From assembly GCA_040752415.1 (NCBI GenBank), contig JBFMGU010000096.1, positions 1-36,432 on the forward strand: a DNA stretch of 36,432 bases, given 5' to 3'. Positions 25,660-34,844 of the stretch are shown in pieces. A program made the position numbers and the translations under genes. A model generated the notes under the pieces. It saw only the letters and a list, made by a program, of their open reading frames with translations, had not been told where the DNA came from and searched no databases. Origin of the DNA: Myxococcota bacterium (GTDB lineage Bacteria > Myxococcota > JACRCW01). Numbering within the stretch: the stretch's first letter is position 1; each line of letters opens with the position of its first letter.

Positions 25660-27828
25660 ATGATGCCTGGGAAGTTGCTCATCGCCGGACTGCTGTTCCT
25701 CGTCGCCGCGCCTCTCGCGGCACGCCCTTCCTCGTCGGAAAAACCCTACACACTCCCGGACACCCTCGGCCCCGCGCGCGCGGCGTGGAAGGCCGGAGAT
25801 CCTCGTCGTGCAGCGGAGCTGGCGTCGGCCGCGGGCGGCGCCACCGGCTCGCTCATGGCCGGTCTGGCGCTGGTGGAAGCGGGCGAGAACCGTGACGCCG
25901 TCATTGCGCTGCGGAAGGTCCCGTCGAGCCACCCGCTGTTCAACACCGCGCAGGCCGCCCTGGTGCCCGCGCTCCGTCGGGAAGGGGCGCTCCGCGAGGC
26001 GCGCAGCCTGGCCCGCGCCCTGGTCAAACGTGGCGAACGCGGCGCGCGCTACCTCCTCGCCGACGTCATGATGGCCATGGAGGGTTGCGGTGCCGCGGAG
26101 GCCTGGCGCACGGCGCTGCGAGGTGAGCCCGCGCACCCGGGACGTCACGGCGCACGTCGGGCGTTGCTCGGGTGTTCTCCCAAGCCGGAGCTCCGCGCGC
26201 GCTTGGCGCTGGACATGATGGAGGACGCAGAGCCTGTCGACGCGGACGCGGGCCTGGAGGCGCTGCTGAAGCTGTTTGTCGACGAGAAGCCGCCGTTCGG
26301 CATGCGCGGTGACCTGGCCATCCGCGTGGCGGAGCGACTGCTGGGAGCGGGGAAGCTCGTCGAGGCGGAGGCGATGCTGCGTGTTCCACCGTCGCAGCCG
26401 GAGCTGTTGGGGCGTTGGGCGGTGGTGCGGGCCAAGGTGGCGCGCGGGCAGGGCCGTCACGACGACGCGCTGGGCATCCTGGACCGTGCGCTGGCCGCGG
26501 GTGTCGGCGCCATGGAGAGCACGCTGCACCGGATGCGCGCGGAGGTGTTGGGCAACGGCAAAGGCTCCGAGGAGCTCGCGCGCCTGCTTCTCGACGTCGC
26601 CGACCGCTTTCCCGGCGACCCGGTGGCCGTGGAGTGCCGGCACATGGCGGCGTACCACTACGCGGAAGCGGGAAAGATCGACGACGCACTGGCGCACTGG
26701 GAACAGGTGGCCGCGGTCCCGGGCGCGCGTCAGCAGGATGCGGCGTGGTTCGTGGCGCGCGCGCTGGCTCGTCGGGGAGAGCACCGGAAGGCCGCGGAGA
26801 AGGCCGACGCCGTGGCCACGCGCCTGGGCGGCTCCGACGGGGGCGCGCACGCCCGCTACTGGGCGGCACGTTGGTGGGAGCTGGCCGGTGATGCGGAGCG
26901 CGCTCGTCGTGACTGGGTGACGCTGTGTCAGGGCCAGCCGGGTCGCCTGCACGCGCGTTTCGCCTGTGAGCGCGCCGCGCTCCCCATCCCGCCACCCCCG
27001 CCCGCACCGCCGGACATCCCCGACGACGCATTCGAGCCCCTGGTGCGCTTGGCCGCGCATCCCGCGCTCCCCGCTGGGGCCGTGCGTGACGTCGAGGAAG
27101 CCGCGGCGCTCACGCAGGTGGGCGCGTTGGGGTCGGCGCGCTCCGCGTTGCGTCGGGCCATCGAGGTCGGGCGCAAGGGCCCCGAGGAGACGGCGCTGGC
27201 GTTGGGGGAGGCCGCCTTGTCGCTGGGGGACGCCCACGCCGCCGTGATGCTGGCCCTCCGACGACGAGGCGAGGCCGGTCTGCAGGGTGACGCCCGCTGG
27301 CTGCGCCTGGCCTATCCGCGACCCGAGCCGCTGGTCCGCGCCGCGCGTGCCGAGGGTGTCGACGAGGATCTCGTGCTGGCCATTGCCCGGACCGAGAGCC
27401 TCTTCGCGCCGGGCGTGCGCTCACCCGCCGGCGCCATGGGTCTCATGCAGCTGCTCCCCACCACCGCGCGCAACCTGCGCAAAGCGGAGGAGGGCTCCCT
27501 CGAGGCCGGCGCGCTGATGGATCCCGACGTCAACGCCACGCTTGGCGCCCGCTACCTCAAGCGACTGCAGGGTGACTTTGGTGACCGTGTGGAGCTGGTG
27601 GCGTGTGGCTACAACGCTGGTCCCACGGCGGCGCGCAAGTTCGTGCAGCGCGGCAAGGGCCTCGGCACCGACGAGTTCCTGGAGTCCATCAACTACCGCG
27701 AGACGCGTGGCTACGCGCGCAAGGTGCTGGGGGCGTACCTGAACTACCGCGCGCTCCGCGGCATGGACGCGCGTTGCTCTCCCAGCGCCGTTCTCGACGT
27801 CACGCCGGGCGACTCGCTCACCTTCTGA
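25660..27828 (+). CDS. Slt70-like lytic transglycosylase with TPR/helical N-terminal region
   Basis: Signal peptide; LAYP...AIARTESLF, SPAGAMGLMQ, LGARYL, YNAGP, ESINYRETRGYARKV. Confidence 0.9.
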   Translation: MMPGKLLIAGLLFLVAAPLAARPSSSEKPYTLPDTLGPARAAWKAGDPRRAAELASAAGGATGSLMAGLALVEAGENRDAVIALRKVPSSHPLFNTAQAALVPALRREGALREARSLARALVKRGERGARYLLADVMMAMEGCGAAEAWRTALRGEPAHPGRHGARRALLGCSPKPELRARLALDMMEDAEPVDADAGLEALLKLFVDEKPPFGMRGDLAIRVAERLLGAGKLVEAEAMLRVPPSQPELLGRWAVVRAKVARGQGRHDDALGILDRALAAGVGAMESTLHRMRAEVLGNGKGSEELARLLLDVADRFPGDPVAVECRHMAAYHYAEAGKIDDALAHWEQVAAVPGARQQDAAWFVARALARRGEHRKAAEKADAVATRLGGSDGGAHARYWAARWWELAGDAERARRDWVTLCQGQPGRLHARFACERAALPIPPPPPAPPDIPDDAFEPLVRLAAHPALPAGAVRDVEEAAALTQVGALGSARSALRRAIEVGRKGPEETALALGEAALSLGDAHAAVMLALRRRGEAGLQGDARWLRLAYPRPEPLVRAARAEGVDEDLVLAIARTESLFAPGVRSPAGAMGLMQLLPTTARNLRKAEEGSLEAGALMDPDVNATLGARYLKRLQGDFGDRVELVACGYNAGPTAARKFVQRGKGLGTDEFLESINYRETRGYARKVLGAYLNYRALRGMDARCSPSAVLDVTPGDSLTF

Positions 27829-28617
27829 TCACGCCTTTTCCAGCTTCAGGTGCTCCGCCAGCGCGCGGTACGAACCCGGTGGAGGCACGTCAAAGTCATC
27901 CACCTCCAACGCCTTGGCCAACGCACGCGCCGGCGCCGCGCTCTGCAGCAGTGAGTCAAACAGGTTGACAAACTGCTCCCACTCGTCGGCGTGTCGGGGG
28001 CTCAGCACGATGCCGTCGTTCGGGCACTCCACCGAGTACGCCACCACGGCCAGCTCATGGGCGCGCGCTCCCGCCAGCTCCGCAAAGCCCACGCGGGGCG
28101 GGTCCACCGTGGCGCTGGAGGCGTACGTCGACGAGAGGTCCACGCGACCGTCCAGCACCGCCTGCACACACGCGGGGTACGCGCCCAGGAACTTCTGTTG
28201 GCTGAAGGTCTGCGTGGGGTCCACGCCCGCCGCGCGCAGCGTGCCCAGGGGCAGCACGTAGCCACTCATGGATTGCTCGTCGAGCCAGCCGGCGCGCGTG
28301 CCCCTGAGGTTCTCCAGCGTCAGGCCCTTTTCCGCGCGCGCAAAGAGGACCGCGCGGTAGCTGGCCGCCCCGCCACGACGTGCACGCAACAGGACCCGGC
28401 CGCCATTGGCCTCCAGCCGCGCGCACACCAGGGGCGGCGCCCACGCCGCGGCCACGGCGCCATTGAGCAGCTCATCCATCAACGCGGCGTAGTTCAGCGA
28501 CGTGCGAACGGTGCTACAGCCGATGGTCGACAACGCGGTGCGGACCTGCGCGGCCCGCGTGCGCGGATCCCCCACGGAAGGGGGCAGGGAGAACTTCCAC
28601 CCGTGAATGCTCGACAC
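27829..28617 (-). CDS. PhnD/SsuA/transferrin-family substrate-binding-like protein
   Basis: NYAALMDELLNGAVAAAWAPP, YRAVLFAR, DEQSMSGYVLP, AVLDGRVD, PNDGIV. Confidence 0.8.
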   Translation of the reverse strand: MSSIHGWKFSLPPSVGDPRTRAAQVRTALSTIGCSTVRTSLNYAALMDELLNGAVAAAWAPPLVCARLEANGGRVLLRARRGGAASYRAVLFARAEKGLTLENLRGTRAGWLDEQSMSGYVLPLGTLRAAGVDPTQTFSQQKFLGAYPACVQAVLDGRVDLSSTYASSATVDPPRVGFAELAGARAHELAVVAYSVECPNDGIVLSPRHADEWEQFVNLFDSLLQSAAPARALAKALEVDDFDVPPPGSYRALAEHLKLEKA

Positions 28618-28776
28618 GCGTCATCCCTAACACACCGGCCGGGGGCAATTCCCCATCCCGGTCCGGATCCCCACGCCCAGGCCCGTGGCTGAGTTGACAG
28701 ACCCCTCCGTCGAGGCCGATGAACATCCACCCCCAAGCCGGGCCTCGCACCCCCTTGGCCTGCCGGAGTGCCAGTC

Positions 28777-29436
28777 ATGACGTTCGCGCGTTCCCTGACG
28801 GAAAGCCTTGCCCCCAAGCACCTTCTCAAGCACCCCTTCTACCAGGCGTGGAACGCCGGGACGCTGCCGCTGGATGTGTTGCGGACCTACGCCCGCCAGT
28901 ACTTCCACCACGTCGCCGCGTTCCCCCGCTACCTCAGCGCCACGCACTCCAACTGCGAGCAGATCCAGGCGCGCCAGGTCCTGCTGGACAACCTGTGTGA
29001 CGAGGAGAAGGGCGCGGAGAACCACCCGGAGCTGTGGCTGCGCTTCGCGGAGGGGCTGGGTGTGGAGCGCAAGGACGTGCACGCGGAGCAGGCCCAGCCG
29101 CAGACCCGTGAGCTGGTGGACACGTTCATGTCGCTGTCGCGCAAGTCCTACGCCTCCGGCCTGGGCGCGCTCTACGCCTATGAGCAGCAGGTCCCGGAAG
29201 TGGCCACCGCCAAGATCGACGGGCTCAAGAAGTTCTACGGCGTCACCGACGAGCGCGGCCTCCAGTTCTTCACCGTGCACCAGAAGGCCGACGTGTGGCA
29301 CAGCCAGGAGGTCGCCGCGCTGATGGATGCGCTGCCCGCCGACCAGCAGGCGGAGGCCAAGGAGGCCGCCCACCGCGCCGCGGACGCGCTCTGGGGCTTC
29401 CTGTCTGGTATTCAGCGCGAGTGCGGTTGCATGTGA
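28777..29436 (+). CDS. CADD family (PqqC/TenA-like, heme-oxygenase-like dimetal oxidase), putative pABA synthase
   Basis: KHLLKHPFY..W..G, YARQYFHHVAAFPRYLSA.HS.C, LLDNL.DEE.G..NH, ALYAYE.Q.P..A..KI.GL, H..AD..H; collinear with my recollection of Chlamydia CT610/CADD. Confidence 0.85.
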   Translation: MTFARSLTESLAPKHLLKHPFYQAWNAGTLPLDVLRTYARQYFHHVAAFPRYLSATHSNCEQIQARQVLLDNLCDEEKGAENHPELWLRFAEGLGVERKDVHAEQAQPQTRELVDTFMSLSRKSYASGLGALYAYEQQVPEVATAKIDGLKKFYGVTDERGLQFFTVHQKADVWHSQEVAALMDALPADQQAEAKEAAHRAADALWGFLSGIQRECGCM

Positions 29437-29498
29437 ACCGCGGCGGGCCGATCTAGAGCACGCGGCCCCGCCGACCTGACCGACGGAGGGGCCGCTGC

Positions 29499-30923
29499 AT
29501 GTCCACACCCAGGAACTACGATCTCGTCGTCATTGGCTCCGGGCCCGCTGGGGAGAAGGGCGCTGCCCAGGCCGCGTACTTCGGAAAACGCGTGTGCATG
29601 GTGGAGAAGGCCCGCCAGGTGGGTGGCGCCTCCCTCAACACCGGCACGCTCCCCAGCAAGACCCTGCGTGAAAGCGCGCTCACCCTCACCGGCCTGCGCG
29701 ACCGCGGCTTCCACGGCGCGTCCGCGGAAATCCGTCGCCAGGTCAGCGTGGGGGAGTTCATGTACCGCAAGCGCTTCGTCGTGGAGCGGGAGCGGGAGCG
29801 CATCGAGCGCAACATCGAACGGCACGAGATCGACCTTGTCTACGGCACGGCCACGTTCCTGGACGCGCATACCGTCGAGGTGAAGCGGCGCAGCGGCGGC
29901 TCGGAGCGCATCTCCGGCGACTACTTCCTCGTCGCCACCGGGAGCCATCCCTACCGCCCGCCCAACATCCCCTTCGACGACCGCGAGGTCTTCGACAGCG
30001 ACACCATCCTGGACATCGACCGCATTCCCACGTCGATGGCGGTGGTGGGGGGCGGCGTCATTGGTTGTGAGTACGCCAGCGTGTTTGCCGCGCTGGGGCC
30101 CAAGATCACGCTCATTGAGAACCGGGACCGCCTGCTGCCCTTCCTGGACCGTGAGATTGGCGACGTGCTCCACCGCGCGCTGGAGGGCCTGGGTGTCAAC
30201 ATCCTGCTCGAGGAGGAACTGGAGAGCTGCACCATCGAGGGCAAGGAGGACGTGAAGTGCGTGCTGAAGAGCGGCCGCACGTTGACGACGGACAAGCTGC
30301 TCTGGGCGCAGGGCCGCATGGGCTCCACCGGCAGCCTCAACCTGGAGAAGCTGGGCATCAAGACCAACAAGCGCGGGCAGGTGGAGGTCAATGGGAGCTA
30401 CCAGACCGCGCTCCCGCACATCTACGCCGCTGGCGACGTCATTGGCATCCCCGCGCTGGCCTCCACCAGCATGGAGCAGGCGCGCGTGGCGATGTGTCAT
30501 GCATTCGGCATTGCCTACAAGCAGAAGGTCAGTGAGACGCTGCCGTTTGGCCTCTACACCATCCCGGAAGTCTCCTACGTGGGCCTGTCCGAGGAGACCG
30601 CGCATGAACAGAAGCTGGACGCGCTCGTCGGGCGGGCCCGCTTCCGCGACAACGCACGCGGCCAGATCATCGGCGACACCGAGGGCATGCTGAAGCTGGT
30701 CTTCGAGGCGGCCACCGGCAAGCTGCTGGGTGTGCACATCATCGGCGAGCGTGCCACGGAGCTCATCCACGTCGGCAGCCTGGCGGTGAGCAAGGGCGGC
30801 ACCATCCACGACTTCATTGACATGGTCTTCAACTTCCCCACGCTCTCGGAAGCCTACAAGTACGCCGCGTACGACGGGCTCCAGGCCATGCAGCGCTGGC
30901 AGAAGGCCAAGGCGTCCTCCTGA
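29499..30923 (+). CDS. sthA: Soluble pyridine nucleotide transhydrogenase
   Basis: GSGPAGEKGA, NTGTLPSKTLRE (no redox disulfide), GGGVIGCEYAS, YAAGDVIG..ALAS..MEQAR, YTIPE, FNFPTLSEAYKYAA. Confidence 0.9.
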   Translation: MSTPRNYDLVVIGSGPAGEKGAAQAAYFGKRVCMVEKARQVGGASLNTGTLPSKTLRESALTLTGLRDRGFHGASAEIRRQVSVGEFMYRKRFVVERERERIERNIERHEIDLVYGTATFLDAHTVEVKRRSGGSERISGDYFLVATGSHPYRPPNIPFDDREVFDSDTILDIDRIPTSMAVVGGGVIGCEYASVFAALGPKITLIENRDRLLPFLDREIGDVLHRALEGLGVNILLEEELESCTIEGKEDVKCVLKSGRTLTTDKLLWAQGRMGSTGSLNLEKLGIKTNKRGQVEVNGSYQTALPHIYAAGDVIGIPALASTSMEQARVAMCHAFGIAYKQKVSETLPFGLYTIPEVSYVGLSEETAHEQKLDALVGRARFRDNARGQIIGDTEGMLKLVFEAATGKLLGVHIIGERATELIHVGSLAVSKGGTIHDFIDMVFNFPTLSEAYKYAAYDGLQAMQRWQKAKASS

Positions 30924-31495
30924 TGGGCCGCTTCTCCGTGGCACTGGTGCATCACCCGGTGCGCCACAAGGACGGCTCCACCATCACCTCCGCCGTCACC
31001 AACACCGACCTCCACGACATTGCGCGCAGCTGCACCGCCTTTGGCGTCGACCGCTTCTACATCGTCACGCCGGTGCACGCGCAGCGGGAGCTGTGTCGAC
31101 GGTTGGTGCACCATTGGACGCAGGGCGCGGGCGCGCGCAAGAACCCGGACCGCGCCTTGGCGTTCTCGTGCATGGAGGTGGTGGGCAGCATCCAGGAGGC
31201 GTTGGCGCTGGAGTCCGCGCACGCCGGTGCCCCCGCCGTGGCCTGGTCCACCGCGGCCCGCGCCGCGCCCGGCACCATGAGCTTCCCGGAGGCGCGCCAG
31301 CGCATTGACGAGCTTCCCGCCGTCCTCATGCTGCTGGGCACCGCGCACGGCCTGGCCGACGACGCGTTGGCATTGTGCACCGGGCGTCTGGAGCCCATCC
31401 GCGGTCGCCCGCGCGCCGACGGGACGGAGTACAACCACCTGAGCGTCCGGGCGGCGGCGGCCATCATGTTGGAGCGCTTGCGCGGACCGCGCTGA
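30923..31495 (+). CDS. SPOUT-class SAM-dependent RNA methyltransferase (DUF2168-type)
   Basis: ALVHHPV...SAVTNTDLHDIARS..FG, LGTAHGL, LEPIRG, YNHLSVRAAAAIMLERL. Confidence 0.85.
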   Translation: MGRFSVALVHHPVRHKDGSTITSAVTNTDLHDIARSCTAFGVDRFYIVTPVHAQRELCRRLVHHWTQGAGARKNPDRALAFSCMEVVGSIQEALALESAHAGAPAVAWSTAARAAPGTMSFPEARQRIDELPAVLMLLGTAHGLADDALALCTGRLEPIRGRPRADGTEYNHLSVRAAAAIMLERLRGPR

Positions 31496-31535
31496 CGGGC
31501 TTGCCGGGTGGGCGTGGCAAGGGGAGACTGGCGCC

Positions 31536-32024
31536 ATGGCGGATGAGCTTGGCCTCTCCATTGAGGCCTTCACCAAGCAGAGCAAGCTGTTCGAGTTCCT
31601 GGACGACGCCGGGCGTCAGCGCATGATGGACATTGCGCAACGCAAGGTGTTGGCCAAGGACGACGTGGTGGTGCGGGAAGGGGAGGTGGGTGACAGCTTC
31701 TACGTCATCCTCAAGGGCGCGGTGAGCGTCACCGTCGACGATTTTGGCACGCCCAAGCAGGTGGCCACCCTGGGGCGCGGCTCGTTCTTTGGTGAGATTG
31801 CGGTGCTCACGCAGCAGCCGCGCAGCGCCACCGTGACCGCGCTGAGTGAGCTGGAGCTGCTGCGGTTTGACAAGGGCCCCGTCGAGAAGATCCTGGCGGA
31901 CTACCCGCGCGTGCGGGAGATCATGGCGCGGCTGGGGCTGCGTCGGAGTGAGGACACGCTGGAGAAGATGATGGCGTCCGGCTTCGAGGACGAGAAGACG
32001 CCCAACCCCACCGGCGAGGGATGA
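31536..32024 (+). CDS. Stand-alone cyclic nucleotide-binding domain protein
   Basis: VREGEVGDSFYVILKGAV, LGRGSFFGEIAVL..QPRSATV; no HTH domain. Confidence 0.9.
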   Translation: MADELGLSIEAFTKQSKLFEFLDDAGRQRMMDIAQRKVLAKDDVVVREGEVGDSFYVILKGAVSVTVDDFGTPKQVATLGRGSFFGEIAVLTQQPRSATVTALSELELLRFDKGPVEKILADYPRVREIMARLGLRRSEDTLEKMMASGFEDEKTPNPTGEG

Positions 32025-32031
32025 GCATTCC

Positions 32032-33168
32032 GTGACCGAGTTGTTTGCCACCTGCGCGCTGGGCACCGAGCCCGCGCTGGCGCAGGAGCTCAAGGCGTTG
32101 CGCATGCACAAGGTGCGGCAGGCGCGCGGCGGTGTCTCCTTCATCGGTGACGACGACGCCGGCATGCTCGCGTGTCTGCACCTGCGCTCCGCCATGCGTG
32201 TGCTCACGCCGCTGGCCAGCTTTGAGGGCACCACCGCGGAAGCGCTGTACGAGGGCGTGCGCGCCATCCCGTGGAAGGAGCACCTCTCGACGAAGCACAC
32301 CTTTGCGGTGGAGGCCACCGGCGGGAGTGAGTCGCTGCGGCACACCGGGTTCATTGCGCTCAAGGCCAAGGACGCCATCGTCGACGCCATGCGGGAATCC
32401 GTGGGCGCCCGCCCCGACGTCGACGCGCGCAACCCGGACGTGCCGGTGGTGATCCACGTGCACGGGAACAAGGTGGACGTGTCCCTGGACCTGGGCGGCA
32501 AGCCGCTGCACCGACGGGGATACCGCCCGCAGCAGGTGGAGGCGCCGCTCAAGGAGACGCTGGCCGCAGCCATCCTGATCCTGGCCGGCTACACGGGTGA
32601 GGAGCCGTTCTGCGACCCCATGGCGGGCAGCGGCACCCTCGTGGTGGAGGCGGCGTGGATGGCCATGCGCAGGCCGCCCGGGCTCGGTCGACACTTCGCG
32701 TTCGAGCGCTGGCCGGGCTTTGCCGGGGAGCGGCAGTCGCGTTGGCACAAGATGCAGCACCAGGCGCGCGCGGCCATGCGGACCGAGGGGCTGCCGCCCA
32801 TCCTGGCGCGGGAGCGCTTTGCCGGGCCCATGGAGAAGCTGGAGGAAAGCCTGGAGCGCGCGCAGGTGCGGCCCCACGTCACCGTCGAGAAGGGCGACGT
32901 GCGCGACCTCCGCCTCCCGCCCACCGGCGGCATCCTGTGCACCAACCCGCCCTACGCGGAGCGCCTGGGCAAACCGCTGCAGATCCTTGGGCTCTACCGA
33001 GGCATGGGCGAGGCCGCGAAGCACTGGGGCGGGTGGAAAGTGCACATCCTGGCCGGGCACAAGGACTTCGAGCGCGCCTTCGGGCACCATCCCGTCCGTC
33101 GACACGCGCTGTTCAACGGGCCCATCCGCTGCCAACTGCTCAGCTACGAGCTACCGCCACCGGCGTGA
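32032..33168 (+). CDS. THUMP-domain class I RNA methyltransferase (RlmL/YpsC-like)
   Basis: FATCALGTE, LHRRGYR..EAPLKETLAA, DPMAGSGT, TNPPYAERL, LFNGPIRC. Confidence 0.9.
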   Translation: MTELFATCALGTEPALAQELKALRMHKVRQARGGVSFIGDDDAGMLACLHLRSAMRVLTPLASFEGTTAEALYEGVRAIPWKEHLSTKHTFAVEATGGSESLRHTGFIALKAKDAIVDAMRESVGARPDVDARNPDVPVVIHVHGNKVDVSLDLGGKPLHRRGYRPQQVEAPLKETLAAAILILAGYTGEEPFCDPMAGSGTLVVEAAWMAMRRPPGLGRHFAFERWPGFAGERQSRWHKMQHQARAAMRTEGLPPILARERFAGPMEKLEESLERAQVRPHVTVEKGDVRDLRLPPTGGILCTNPPYAERLGKPLQILGLYRGMGEAAKHWGGWKVHILAGHKDFERAFGHHPVRRHALFNGPIRCQLLSYELPPPA

Positions 33169-33232
33169 ATGGATGTTGCGGGGTGCGTCGTCTGCTCATT
33201 ACGTTTGGCGTTCCGCACCTCGGGTGGTCCTC

Positions 33233-34816
33233 ATGCTCAAGCCGGTTGTCCGTCGTCCCGTCCTTGCCGCTCTCGTCGCCCTGGCGCTCTCGTTCACGGC
33301 GCAGGTGGGCGTGGCCCAGAAGTCCGGCGCGCAGCAGAAGGTCCCCACCCCGCCCAAGCAGGTTCTCATCCTGGCCACCAGCGACGAGCACGGCTGGATG
33401 TCTCCTCTGACGTCGCGCAACAGCGACACATTCCAGGGCGGCATGGCCTACCTGATGGGGCAGCTCGTCGGGAAGGAGCGCTACAGCCCGCAGAACGCGG
33501 TGCTGGTCAGCGGCGGGGACATGTGGACCGGCCCGTATGAGAGCACCGTGCTGCAGGGCCGTCCCATGGTGCAGGTCATGAACGCCATGGGCTACGACGC
33601 CGCCAGCCTGGGCAACCACGAATTCGACTTTGGCCCCGACGCACTGGCCCGCCGCGCTTCCGAGGCCAGCTTCCCGCTGCTCGCTGCCAACGTGTACCAG
33701 CGTGGCACGCGTCAGAACCCGCGCTTCGTGCGGCCCTGGACCATCACCGAGGCGGGCGGCGTGAAGGTGGGGCTCATCGGGCTTTCCACCGTCGAGACGC
33801 CGCACACCACGGACAAGCGCAACGTGGGTGGTTTTGAGTTTGGCCCGTACCTGGAGGCGCTGCAGCGCGAGGTGCCGGCGCTGAAGGCCGCGGGTGCTCA
33901 GGTCATCGTGCTGCTGGCCCACGCCGACCTGCCGGAGATGAAGCCGCTGGCCCCGCACCTGCGCGCCATGGGCATCCACCTGGTGATCTGCGGTCACCGC
34001 CACGTCAGCAGCCTGGAGACCGACGACCCCACGCCCGGCAACCCCGTCGACGACGTGATCTTCTGCAACCCCGGTGGCTACGCGCGTGCGTACTGTCGCG
34101 TGGTGCTGACGTTGGACGGGGACAACTTCGCGCTGCAGGGAACGCGCGTCACGGTGGAGCCGGTGGCGGGCAACATCAAGACCCCCAACTACGCGCCCCA
34201 CGACGGGCTGATGGGCGTCATTGCCGAGGCGCGCCTGCAGGCGGACGCGCGCGGTGCAGAGCTGCTGGCGGAGGTGCCGCAGGGGCTGCATCGGCAGTTC
34301 CCGGTGCACACCATGGGGTATCTCGTCGTGGATAGCTGGATGGAGGCGCTTCCGCACGTCGACGCGGCGGTGACCAACATGGGCGGGTTCCGTCAGGACG
34401 TGGAAGGTCCGGCCATCCACATGAAGGACCTCATTGGCGCCATGCCGTTCGACAACTACCTGCTCGTGGTCAGCCTGACGGGTGAGCAGCTCATCGAGGT
34501 GTTGTCCAACCCGCAGAGCATCCCGGGCGGTCTGACCGTGGAGTTCAAGCAGGAGACGCCGAGCAGCAAGCGCACCATCCTCAACGTCACGGACCGTCGC
34601 GGCGCGCCGTTGGATCGCAAGCGGACCTACCGCGTGGTCATCAACGACTTCATGTACCGCGGCGGAGACCAGTACCGGTTCAAGGAGTACGACGCCAACC
34701 CCGAGGAGACCGCGCTGCACTGGCGTGAGCCGGTGGCGCGCTACCTGAGGGCGCAGGCCAAGGGCGGCAAGCCCGTCACACCGTCGACCACGCCGCGACT
34801 GCGCCTGGTTCCCTGA
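33233..34816 (+). CDS. Secreted bifunctional metallophosphatase / 5'-nucleotidase
   Basis: Signal peptide from ATG 33233; TSDEHG, GGDMWTG, GNHEFDFG, GHRH, NMGGFR, MPFDN, NDFMYRGGD. Confidence 0.9.
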   Translation: MLKPVVRRPVLAALVALALSFTAQVGVAQKSGAQQKVPTPPKQVLILATSDEHGWMSPLTSRNSDTFQGGMAYLMGQLVGKERYSPQNAVLVSGGDMWTGPYESTVLQGRPMVQVMNAMGYDAASLGNHEFDFGPDALARRASEASFPLLAANVYQRGTRQNPRFVRPWTITEAGGVKVGLIGLSTVETPHTTDKRNVGGFEFGPYLEALQREVPALKAAGAQVIVLLAHADLPEMKPLAPHLRAMGIHLVICGHRHVSSLETDDPTPGNPVDDVIFCNPGGYARAYCRVVLTLDGDNFALQGTRVTVEPVAGNIKTPNYAPHDGLMGVIAEARLQADARGAELLAEVPQGLHRQFPVHTMGYLVVDSWMEALPHVDAAVTNMGGFRQDVEGPAIHMKDLIGAMPFDNYLLVVSLTGEQLIEVLSNPQSIPGGLTVEFKQETPSSKRTILNVTDRRGAPLDRKRTYRVVINDFMYRGGDQYRFKEYDANPEETALHWREPVARYLRAQAKGGKPVTPSTTPRLRLVP

Positions 34817-34844
34817 GCGGTTTGTCGTCGGGAACGGAGGGGAA

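Noticed and set aside
28618..28776. Possible riboswitch upstream of the CADD-like gene
   Set aside because: I could not recognise a THF, TPP or ZTP consensus, and the region is short and shared with a divergent gene. An Infernal/Rfam scan would settle it.
28777..29436. PqqC or TenA call
   Set aside because: No other pqq or thiamine genes are adjacent, and the motifs match the CADD subfamily better.
29499..30923. Dihydrolipoamide dehydrogenase or glutathione reductase call
   Set aside because: It lacks the CxxxxC redox disulfide and the HPTxxE motif (has FNFPTLSE), which fits SthA.
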